In this document: in pieces, positions 8,028-16,517 of the stretch | How the letters are laid out: every line of letters begins with the position of its first letter | Position numbering within the stretch: the stretch's first letter is position 1 | Assembly: GCA_046861655.1 (NCBI GenBank) | Contig: JBHIAI010000030.1 | Span: forward strand, 1 to 16,937 | Source of the DNA: Fidelibacterota bacterium | GTDB taxonomy: Bacteria; Fidelibacterota; Marinisomatia; Marinisomatales; S15-B10 | DNA length: 16,937 nt | Reading direction: 5' to 3' | Made by a program: the position numbers and the translations under genes | Notes under the pieces: model-generated | Seen by the model: only the letters and a program-made list of their open reading frames with translations | What the model was told of the DNA's origin: nothing | Databases searched by the model: none

Positions 8028-8923
8028 AGTTTCTTAAAGAGACCAACATAGATTTCCTGAGCATGCGCAGGTTTGGATTCGTGATATCGGGAACCCTGAT
8101 TCTCGCCGGCATCGTTTCCCTCGTTCTCCAGGGTGGCCCACGGTTGGGCATCGATTTCGAAGGAGGGACCCTGGTACAGATCCGGTTTCAACACGAAGTT
8201 ACCACGTTCCAGCTTAGAGATGCCCTTGAACCCCTGGGCTTGGGTAAGAGCGAAATCCAGATTCTGGGAGACCGCAGAGAAGCCATCGTCAGACTTCAGG
8301 AAAAGGGGGAAACGGAAACGCTGGTGAAAATCCTCAAGGATGCGTTTCTGACTGCCATGCCTGATGCATCTCCGGATTTCCGTCGGGTGGAAAGTGTCGG
8401 ACCGAAGATTGGCGGTGAACTGAAAGGAAAGGCCCTCACCGCCATTCTGTCTGCCCTTCTGGTCATTATGATCTACATCGCCTTCCGGTTTCAGTTCAAA
8501 TTTGCCGTGGGGGCCATCGCTGCCCTGGTCCACGACGTGCTCATAACCCTGGGCGTTTTCTCCATTATGGGGTACGAAATATCCCTGCCCATCATCGCAG
8601 CGTTCCTGACCATCGTGGGGTATTCCCTGAACGATACCATCGTGGTGTTCGACCGCGTCCGGGAAAACTTAAAGAGAATCAAGCAGGAACCCCATGACAC
8701 CATCGTCAATAAGAGCATCAATGAATCCTTGTCCCGGACAGTTATTACCTCCCTTACCACGTTTGCCGTGGTGTTCACACTGTGGGCAGCCGGGGGAGAA
8801 GTCATCAAGTACTTCGCTTTTGCCATGATGGTTGGCGTGATCGTTGGGACCTATTCCTCCATCTTTATCGCCAGTCCTGCTGTCGTCCTCTGGGAACGAC
8901 GCTTTGTGGCATCCCGGACGTAG
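8024..8923 (+). CDS. secF: Protein translocase subunit SecF
   Basis: ATG 8024 overlaps the secD stop (ATGA); NIDF, LGIDFEGG, ESVGPKIG, ALVHDV, GYSLNDTIVVFDRVRE, SLSRTVITS, GTYSSIFIASP. Confidence 0.97.
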   Translation: MKFLKETNIDFLSMRRFGFVISGTLILAGIVSLVLQGGPRLGIDFEGGTLVQIRFQHEVTTFQLRDALEPLGLGKSEIQILGDRREAIVRLQEKGETETLVKILKDAFLTAMPDASPDFRRVESVGPKIGGELKGKALTAILSALLVIMIYIAFRFQFKFAVGAIAALVHDVLITLGVFSIMGYEISLPIIAAFLTIVGYSLNDTIVVFDRVRENLKRIKQEPHDTIVNKSINESLSRTVITSLTTFAVVFTLWAAGGEVIKYFAFAMMVGVIVGTYSSIFIASPAVVLWERRFVASRT

Positions 8924-8964
8924 GCCTTTCCTTCCTCCCGGGCTGATCCGGGTCATCCATCACC

Positions 8965-9861
8965 ATGCGCCCTAAAGTCCTGATTCTGTATCTCCTCCTT
9001 ATGGTCATCTGGAGTACCAGCTGGATGGCCATCAAGGTCAGTCTCAGAGGAACTCCACCGATCCTCGGGGTGGGCCTGAGGTTCGGACTTTCAGCCGCCA
9101 TTCTGTGGATCGTTCTCCTCGCGAGAAGGGAAAAGCTGGTGATCTCCGGGCCCGCTGTCCAGGTGTACGCAGGATTCGGACTCCTGAACTTTGCCTTATC
9201 CTATTCCCTCACCTACTGGGGCACACAGTTCATCTATTCGGGGCTGACGGCTGTCCTGTGGGCCACACTGCCTATTTTTGTGGCTTTTCTGGCTCACTTC
9301 ATGCTTCCCAACGATCCGATGACCTGGAGAAAATCTGTGGGTGTGGGGTCGGGGTTGTTGGGAACCTTCCTGATCTTTTCCCCGGGAAACGCTCTACCGC
9401 CGGACTTCAGAATGATCGGTGTGGGGGCCGTTCTCCTGGCCGTAATCGTTGCCGCCTGGCCCAACGTCCTGTACAAGAAACATCGAAGAATCCTTCCACC
9501 TCTTCATCTGAACGTGGTGGCCCAGTCCTTGGCCGCGGCGATCCTTCTTCCCCTGTCATTCCTTCTTGAAGAACCGGGGGAGATGGTGTGGGATCTGGTG
9601 AATCTGGGCGTTCTGGCTTACCTCACCATTTTTGCCACCATCATCACCTGGTCCATCTATCTGTGGTTGTTTTCCTACCTGAGCGTCACCCAGATCTCAG
9701 CCATCGCTCTGGTTCCCCCGGTGATCGCCTCCCTTCTTGGATGGGTGTTTCTCGGGGAAGTGTTTACCCCCACCATGATGCTGGGCTCCGTGTTCGTTCT
9801 TGCCGGGATTTTCATGATCCACGCTCAAAGGATAGGGGCAAAACGGGCCGCTTCCCGGTGA
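8965..9861 (+). CDS. EamA/DMT family transporter
   Basis: 298 aa, about 10 hydrophobic segments in two EamA repeats (IWSTSWMAIK...PPILGVGLRF; SGLTAVLWATLPIFV; PVIASLLGWVFLGE). Confidence 0.92.
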   Translation: MRPKVLILYLLLMVIWSTSWMAIKVSLRGTPPILGVGLRFGLSAAILWIVLLARREKLVISGPAVQVYAGFGLLNFALSYSLTYWGTQFIYSGLTAVLWATLPIFVAFLAHFMLPNDPMTWRKSVGVGSGLLGTFLIFSPGNALPPDFRMIGVGAVLLAVIVAAWPNVLYKKHRRILPPLHLNVVAQSLAAAILLPLSFLLEEPGEMVWDLVNLGVLAYLTIFATIITWSIYLWLFSYLSVTQISAIALVPPVIASLLGWVFLGEVFTPTMMLGSVFVLAGIFMIHAQRIGAKRAASR

Positions 9862-9877
9862 AGGAAAAGCCGGCGGT

Positions 9878-9940
9878 CAGGTGGCAGGGGCAGCTGGCCC
9901 CGCCAAAGCGGGATCTCCGCTCCGCTCCAACAGGTGGCAG
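9878..9940. repeat. 10-bp direct repeats (CAGGTGGCAG) flanking a 43-nt GC-rich hairpin segment
   Basis: CAGGTGGCAG at 9878-9887 and 9931-9940; between them the overlapping inverted repeats GGGGC-AGCTG-GCCCC and CCCGC-CAAA-GCGGG. Confidence 0.6.
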
Positions 9941-10003
9941 AAGGTTGTATCCCACATCCTGAAACGCATTACGCATTCCGAATCACCCATTGCGAACTAC
10001 GGA

Positions 10004-11419
10004 TTACCCAGCATACTCACCTTTGAGTTCCTGGAAGAACTCGTAAGCTGCTTCATACGTGTTCTCGATGTCGCCATCCAGAATGGCGTCTTCAATCCTT
10101 TTCTTGATCTCACCCACAAGAGGCCCTGGGGGGATGCCACACTCCTTCATGATCTGATCGCCCCTCACCGGCGACTGGAACGCCCTCAGCTTATCTCTCT
10201 GTTTTACATCCTGCATCATTTTTTCCACCCGGTCAAAATTGCCCATGTACCTTCTTACGATCCCGGGATTCCTGGATGTGATGTCCGCCCGGCACAGCAT
10301 CATGAGATCATCAACGTCATCCACTGCCGCCACCATGAGCCTCCTGATCGCACTGTCCGTGACGCCCTCCATGGCCAGGGCGATGGGCCTTAGGTGCAGG
10401 AAGGTCAATTTCTGAAGATACTCCTTGGTTTTGTTGGACAGCTTCATTCTCCTGGCGACCTTTTCCAGCATCCTGCTTCCCACAGCGTCATGCCCGTGAA
10501 AGGTCCAACCCTTCTCCCGGTCCAATCTTCGCGTCACCGGCTTTCCGATATCATGGACCAGAGCGGCCAAACGAAGGTCCGGGGAATCCGTAAACTGGGC
10601 AATGTTGTCTACCACTTGGAGGGTGTGAGCGAAGATATCCTTGTGGTGCCATTCCGTGGGTTGTTCCAGACCGGCCATGGCACCAATCTCGGGAAAAACG
10701 ATGTCCAAAAGTCCCGTCTTCTTCAACAGGTTGAAGCCCACGGAAGGCCGCGGAGTCATCAGGATTCGGTATACCTCTGCGGTGATACGCTCTGCCGAAA
10801 CGATTCCAATCCTGGAGGCCTGACGTTTCATGCTTCCCATGACCTCCGGGAGAATGCGAAACGCCAGCTGGGCGGCGAATCGCACACCCCTCATCATGCG
10901 AAGGGGATCATCGGAAAACGTGGTATCGGGATCCAGGGGTGTCCGGATGACCCTTGCCTCAAGATCCTTCATGCCGCCATGGGGATCGAACAGCTCCCCC
11001 TCGTTCTCGCCGGTGAGAGATACGGCCATGGAGTTTATGGTGAAATCCCTCCGGGCAAGATCTTCATCAAGAGTGGCCATGACCACCGCAGGCTTCCTGG
11101 AATCCGGATCGTAGGTTTCTGACCGGGCGGAGGCCACCTCCACATGTCGTCCGTCCAGGGGGATCTGGGCCGTTCCGAACGCTTCAAAAGGAACCACTTT
11201 CTTCAACCCCATTTTCCTGGCGAGGCCCCGGGCGAAGGAAATACCGTCGCCCACCACCATCAGGTCGATATCGGTGAGGGGACGACCCATGAAGAGGTCC
11301 CGGACATACCCCCCCACCACGTACACCTGAACTTTTTTTTCTTCTCCGAGGATTCCTGCGTTCTTGAGAATCTCGTACCGGTCCCCGTCCGTCTTGAGAA
11401 GTGGCTTGATGTTTCCCAT
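10004..11419 (-). CDS. cca: CCA tRNA nucleotidyltransferase with HD domain
   Basis: Class II nucleotidyltransferase motifs VVGGYVRD..DID, ARSETY..SRKP loop, DLARRDFTINSMA, DDPLRMMRGVRF; HD domain HT...LVHDIGK, TFHGHD. No poly(A) polymerase GRRF-type signature seen. Confidence 0.9.
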   Translation of the reverse strand: MGNIKPLLKTDGDRYEILKNAGILGEEKKVQVYVVGGYVRDLFMGRPLTDIDLMVVGDGISFARGLARKMGLKKVVPFEAFGTAQIPLDGRHVEVASARSETYDPDSRKPAVVMATLDEDLARRDFTINSMAVSLTGENEGELFDPHGGMKDLEARVIRTPLDPDTTFSDDPLRMMRGVRFAAQLAFRILPEVMGSMKRQASRIGIVSAERITAEVYRILMTPRPSVGFNLLKKTGLLDIVFPEIGAMAGLEQPTEWHHKDIFAHTLQVVDNIAQFTDSPDLRLAALVHDIGKPVTRRLDREKGWTFHGHDAVGSRMLEKVARRMKLSNKTKEYLQKLTFLHLRPIALAMEGVTDSAIRRLMVAAVDDVDDLMMLCRADITSRNPGIVRRYMGNFDRVEKMMQDVKQRDKLRAFQSPVRGDQIMKECGIPPGPLVGEIKKRIEDAILDGDIENTYEAAYEFFQELKGEYAG

Positions 11420-11427
11420 GGCACCAC

Positions 11428-11433
11428 AATTTA
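11428..11433 (-). promoter_or_regulatory. Putative -10 box (TAAATT) 8 nt before the cca ATG
   Basis: Minus strand reads TTTTTG-TAAATT-GTGGTGCC-ATG; same hexamer as in the tdh and secD promoters, AT-rich upstream, no clear -35. Confidence 0.4.
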
Positions 11434-11488
11434 CAAAAAGTTGAATGAATTATCCCTGGAGGATCCCACACATAGGGAGCGATTATCC

Positions 11489-11517
11489 TTGATGGTGGAA
11501 CGCGGCGTGTCTACTTT
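11489..11517 (+). promoter_or_regulatory. Putative sigma70 promoter of the DUF4835 gene (probably leaderless)
   Basis: TTGATG (11489-11494), 17-nt spacer, TACTTT (11512-11517), 7 nt before ATG 11525; no SD. Confidence 0.55.
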
Positions 11518-11524
11518 AATCGAT

Positions 11525-12373
11525 ATGCTATACAAAACGGGTTTCGGTTTTCTCGCATTTTTGATGTCCTCCCTCACGGCCCAGTTTGGCTCCGTTGAGG
11601 TTTCCCTCGACGTTCAAAGACTCAAGGAGGGAGACCGCAGGATTACCCAGGAAATACCCCGGCAACTCCAGCTTTTCTTCTCGGGTACGCCCTGGGATGA
11701 AGAATACAGCGACCTTCAGATTCCCGTCTTCATCCAGATGGTCTTTGAGAGCGTATCAGAAAAAGGTGGGGAACGGGTATATTCCGCCCAGTGCCTATTC
11801 TCCAACCGTCTTGACCAGAGATACCTCGCCAGGGTAATCCAGTTTCCCTATTCCAGCGGTCAGGGTATCCTTTACTCCCCCGTCATCTTTGAACCCCTGG
11901 CCAGTGCCATGGAGTTCTACGCCCTGATCCTTCTGGCCGGCGAGGCGGACACCTACGAGCCGTTGGGAGGCACGCGGTTCTACGAACGAACCCGGGAGCT
12001 GGCCCTGCGGGGGGTCCAGTCCCTGTATCCCCGGGGATGGAGCGACAGGGCCGAACTTGTGGATCAGCTGGTCAAGAACCGGGGGCTCCGGCTGGCTAAG
12101 TTCTATTTCTATGAGGTCCAGGCCCTGATTCAAGACGGGGAAATCGGGCTGGCCGAAGAGTCCCTGGACAGGATGGTGGACCACCTGAGTCAGGCCCTCA
12201 CCACGCTACCGCGGGAGCACTACACCATGATTTTCCTGGATGCCCACGCCAAGGAACTGTCCCTGCTTCCTCTGTCGGTAAGAAACAGGGAAAAAACTCT
12301 GTCCAGACTGATTCGACTGGATCCCGACCGCAAGGAGATCTACGAAACTGGCTTAATGGCCAAATCTGAGTAG
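11525..12373 (+). CDS. Exported DUF4835 family protein (PorD-like)
   Basis: Signal-peptide-like N-terminus MLYKTGFGFLAFLMSSLTA-Q; segments DQRY..IQFPYSSGQ, FEPLASAMEFYALILLAGEADTYEPLGGTRFY, GWSDR, IFLDAHAKEL and LIRLDP resemble DUF4835 (recognition from memory, no search run). The ORF-track start 11144 overlaps cca and is rejected. Confidence 0.7.
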   Translation: MLYKTGFGFLAFLMSSLTAQFGSVEVSLDVQRLKEGDRRITQEIPRQLQLFFSGTPWDEEYSDLQIPVFIQMVFESVSEKGGERVYSAQCLFSNRLDQRYLARVIQFPYSSGQGILYSPVIFEPLASAMEFYALILLAGEADTYEPLGGTRFYERTRELALRGVQSLYPRGWSDRAELVDQLVKNRGLRLAKFYFYEVQALIQDGEIGLAEESLDRMVDHLSQALTTLPREHYTMIFLDAHAKELSLLPLSVRNREKTLSRLIRLDPDRKEIYETGLMAKSE

Positions 12374-13363
12374 AATCTCTTCCCCAACAGATAATAATCC
12401 ACCACAACACTCCTCCTGTACAGAACGGGAAGAATGTCCCTGTCTTTCACCTTCCTGATGGCCCGTGTCTTGCGCCGTTTCCGGATAACAGTACCCGGGT
12501 GAGTGAGAATCCAAAAGACGGATTTCAGGATGGCCCAGATGTGGGCCGGGTCTCCCAGAAAGGCGGCATAGACAACGGTGACACCCTCCAAGGCCAGACG
12601 GATGGGAAACAGATTTCTTTCTGGGAGAATCCATGGGAAGGGTCACGGCGTTTCTATGGTAGACCACGGACCGGGGGGCCACGAATACCCGGTAACCCAT
12701 GAGCTGGAGACGCCACTGCAAATCGATTTCCTCCTGATGGGCGAAAAAGTCTTCATCGAATCCACCGGCATCCAAAAACAGGGATCTGGGAACCAGAAAG
12801 GCCGTACCGGAAGCCCAGAAGATCCGGTCCTCGTCGTCATACTGACCCTTATCCACCTCAAGAGTGAGGAACAACCTTCCCCGGGCGAACGGGTAGCACA
12901 ACAGGTCCATCGCCCCTCCTGAGCCCCCGGCAAAATCGAAGCGATCCCGTTCAAAATAATTCAGGATTTTGGGCTGAACCGCCCCTACGGTGGAATCGGA
13001 CTGCAGCGTCAGCACCAGCCAATCGATCCAGTCACGGCGATGAACGGTATCGTTGTTCAGGAACAAAAGATAGGTGCCCCGGGCCTCCTGTGCACCCCGG
13101 TTGCATCCCCCGGCGTAGCCAAGGTTCTTCTCGCACGGCACTACCCTGACTTTCGGATGGTGTGCCCGCACCCAACGGGCACTGCCATCCGTGGAGGCGT
13201 TATCCACCACGATGACTTCGAGAGGGGAGTAGGAGCAGGCCTGAAGGGAATCGAGACATTCCGACAGGATGTCGATGCCGTTATGGTGGGGAATGACGAC
13301 GGAGACCAGTTCCGCCCGGCGCTTGGGGCCAGAGGAATCCCTACTGGAATGGCCCTTCGTCAC
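12340..13363 (-). pseudogene. Glycosyltransferase family 2 (WbbL/WsaE-like), frameshifted near 12613
   Basis: First 250 codons (13363-12614) carry VSVVIP, VVDNASTDGS, NLGYAGGCN, FLNND, FWASG, GGFDEDFFAHQEEIDLQWR, VYH. The family-like C-terminus LFPIRLALEGVTVV...HIWAILKS...KR continues in another frame (12612-12340). Could be an assembly error in an intact gene. Confidence 0.8.
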
Positions 13364-16077
13364 TCAGTTTCGCCCTGTAATCCTCGAGAAGACGGATAAG
13401 CCCCGAGTCGTTTGGGAATCTCTGCTGCCATCGCTCCAGGAGGTCAATGGCCTGGTCCCAGTGACCTCCGTCCTCATAAACCCTGAGAAGAGATGCCACG
13501 ATCTCGGGACGCCGGGAGGCGTGAAGGTCCCGAAGAATGTCCATTGCCTTTTCAACTTCACCCGAACCGTGGTACAATTGCCCCATCCTGAAGACCATCT
13601 CCTCATTGGCCACAGGAACGACATCCGTTGGCATGAGGGTGTCGCTGAGTTCCAGAACGTCCAGCACCTGCTGCCGGGCTTTCTCCCTGTCGTCCTCGGT
13701 GGCAGACAAATCATTCATACGCTCCCGGTAGGACCGGAATTCGTTCCCGGCCACCTGAAGAAAAGCGGACCGGTAATTCTGCAACAGCTTGAGAATGTTT
13801 GGATTGTAATACACATCCCGCCTTTGAAGGTTTCGATACTTGTAACCGGGTTGGTACTCCCGGCTCCACCCTTCCTCTCCGATGACCGTGGTCATGTTCT
13901 CCTTGAGACGGTCATAGTCAATTCCGGGAACCCCGGCAGCCGATACTCTGTGGGACTTCAGTCTGAAGGCGAGGCCCTCCATCTGAAGAAACGGATCCAG
14001 CCCAATCCTGTTCTTGGGAGAAACGGTAACGGCAAAGTAGATGGGATACCGCCACTTGCTCTCGTTTACGATGTGAATGATCATGAGATCCTGTATCCGG
14101 ATTCCCTGCCCCATGGTCGGTTTTACCTTCCAGGCAATCCTGCCCTCATCGTTTTCCGGATCGTTCGCGACCGGTATGGACACCGGCGTTTCTTTCCACA
14201 GGCTCAGCTGCAGATAGAGATCCTCGCCGGTAGCGGGATTGATCGCGATGGGCGTCCTTCCCCTGATTTGATCGTCAGTCAGGGTCACGAATCGCTCACC
14301 AGGGGGTCGGGATTCCTTCAACTGGCGGATGTACCACTCGGTGTTCAGCAAACTGAGATTCGCCACGGTGACATCTGTCCGCACCCCTTCTACCTCCTGA
14401 AGGTACCAGAGAGGAAAGGTATCATTGTCCCCGTTGGTGAAGATGATGGCGTTGGGCTCGCATGTCTGGAGAATGTTGTAAGAGTAATCCCAGGCCACAT
14501 AATTCCCCGATCGGTCGTGGGAATGATAGTTCTTGCTCACCATGACACCCGGCACCAGAACAAAGAAGAACACAAGAATCCCCGCGGTCACAGGAACCCG
14601 AAGGGGTTTCTTCTTGATTCTTTTCAGGACAGTCTCCAGTACCGCGGCTAAACCGAGTCCGATCCAGATGGAAAATGCCAGAAAACTTCCCACGTAGGAA
14701 TAGTCCCGCTCCCGGGGCTGAAACTTGTCCTGATTCAAGTATAGAATGATGGCCAATCCGGTCAGGAAGAACAGGGTAAGAACAGAGAATCCGTGGGCCC
14801 GGTCTTTCCGGAATTGATAGACCATGCCCCCCAGGCCCAGAATCAGGGGCAGCGGAAGGTAGAATTGGAACCAGTCAACTCCGTCTTCGTCTCTCTGCTC
14901 CAGAGCTCCAAATGGTGAAATCCACCACTTTTCCCCAACCGGACCCCTGCCGGCGAACTGCCACAGAAAGTACCGGATGTACATCCGGACAATCTGGTAA
15001 TTCCACAGAAAATCCACCTGCCTGCCGAAGTCGTGAAACATGTAGTTTAGACTCTGGGCGGTGGTGAAGTCCCTGCCCCTGGGTGGTCTTCCCACAACCT
15101 CCACCTTGTGAGCAAAGCTGCCCACCCGGTCCTTGATATACTCCCTGGGCAAGATGGAAACGGTCCCGTACTGCTCTCTCTCCAGGTATTTCATTCTGGC
15201 CTGACCGGATAAAGAGCATAGCATACGTGGAGTAACCCACCACCACCAGCACCAGGCAGGACAGCACGGTGGACCAAAGCCTTCTCTTGCGGATGATGGC
15301 CAGTATGGTGAATCCAAACAATGCCGCCACCAGGAAAACGACACCAATTACGCCCACCAGACTCGCCAGTCTGGGGAATCCCTTGATGACTCCGAGATAC
15401 ACAACCAGAAAGCTCACCGCCACAACTCCCGTCATGGCGAAGAATGAGGGCCAGGAGAACTTGCGCTTCCTGAAATAGATGATCAGTCCCATGAACGGAA
15501 GAGCCAGGAGATTCAGAAGATGCACTCCGGAGGCCAGACCCAGAACGTAGCTGATGACGAGGAAATACCGCTCATTTCCCGCTTCGTCGGATCTTTCTGA
15601 CCACTGGAGAATCAGCCACACAACCAGAGCAGTGAACAGGGTGCTCATGGCGTACACTTCCGCCTCCACCGCGTTGAACCAGTGGCTGTCTGTAAAAGCA
15701 AACGACAGCGAACCCACCAGGGCGGATCCGAAGACCACCCAGCGATCCTCCCGGGTTCGTACAGGTCCCCGCCATTGAGTGACAAACTGCACGATGATGA
15801 GAAAAAGAAGCGTGACCGCCAGGGCACTGACCAGGGGTGATATGAGGTTCACCCGAAAAGCGATATCCTTACCGAAGGGAAGTATGGAGAAGATTCTGCC
15901 TATGATGAGGTAGAGAGGACTCCCAGGGGGATGGGGAACGCCCAGGATATGCGAGGTGGCAATGAATTCCCCGCAATCCCAGTAGGAGACTGTGGGGGCC
16001 ATGGTGGCAAAATAGACCCCGTAGCTTGCCAGAAACACAAAACCGGCCAATAACCGGCGGGCCTTATCGGTCGTCAC
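13341..16077 (-). pseudogene. DUF2723 (TMEM260-like, GT-C fold) membrane glycosyltransferase with C-terminal TPR-like helices, frameshifted near 15194
   Basis: Frame 1 (16077-15193, 295 aa): TMAPTVSYWDCGEFI, VPHPPGSPLY, WFNAVEAEVYA, GVHLLNLL, IRSGQN. Frame 2 (15194-13341, 617 aa): YLEREQYG, MYIRYFLWQFAGR, YLNQ..QPRERDYSYVGSF, IFTNGDNDTFPLWYLQEVEG, NLSLLNTEWYI. Could be an assembly error in an intact gene. Confidence 0.85.
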
Positions 16078-16493
16078 GGCGTTGACCGCGTCGAATCCGG
16101 TTCGGAGGACTTATCCTTTTTCTTCCCCGCCTTTTTCTCCCCACCCGGCTTAGAGGAGGTCTGGGTGTGATGGGCTTCCTCCGACGGCTCCCGATGGGCT
16201 TTCTCCTGCTGAGCCTCCTTCTCCGCTTTCCTGGACTCCTCCACGTAGTTCAGTTTCAGGTTCGAAATGCTGGAATCCAGGAATTTTCCCTCCCATTCAG
16301 ACAGATTGCCCTTCATCCTCGACTTCAACATGTCCAGAATATCGATGTAGAATTCTGCTTCCTCAAGATTCCGCTCTGCTTTGTCGGTGAGAGGATTCTT
16401 CATCTTCCCGAGGGCCACCCAGGCACTCTGGGTGTAGGTTGAGACCAGGTGAAGGTAGAGCTGTTCTTCTTTTGTGGGCTGTTCTTCAGACAT
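16074..16493 (-). CDS. DUF1844 family protein
   Basis: AWVALGKMKNPLTDKAERNLEEAEFYIDILDMLKSRMKGNL...LKLNYVEE matches the DUF1844 pattern; charged low-complexity tail; SD-like AGAGGG; GTGA overlap with the DUF2723 start. Confidence 0.85.
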   Translation of the reverse strand: MSEEQPTKEEQLYLHLVSTYTQSAWVALGKMKNPLTDKAERNLEEAEFYIDILDMLKSRMKGNLSEWEGKFLDSSISNLKLNYVEESRKAEKEAQQEKAHREPSEEAHHTQTSSKPGGEKKAGKKKDKSSEPDSTRSTP

Positions 16494-16517
16494 TTGACGT
16501 TCCCTCTGGGTTGGATT

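Noticed and set aside
8937..8952. Hairpin CCCGG-GCTGAT-CCGGG after secF as a terminator
   Set aside because: Short stem with no U-tract; the EamA gene is probably co-transcribed.
9881..11524. Plus-strand ORFs 9881..10393 and 10394..11122, and the 11144 upstream extension of DUF4835
   Set aside because: Antisense to cca; DUF4835 has its own promoter and signal peptide at 11525.
12613..12627. Programmed ribosomal frameshift at CCC AGA AAG AAA
   Set aside because: The needed shift is +1, there is no canonical slippery heptamer or homopolymer tract, and shifting would not restore the missing conserved residues.
13269..14651. 460-aa plus-strand ORF
   Set aside because: Antisense shadow of the DUF2723 gene with no recognisable motifs; long shadow ORFs are common at this GC content.
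14875..15347. Two independent overlapping genes (400 aa and 668 aa ORFs)
   Set aside because: The last 105 aa of the first ORF and the first 51 aa of the second are off-frame sequence; they are halves of one DUF2723 gene.
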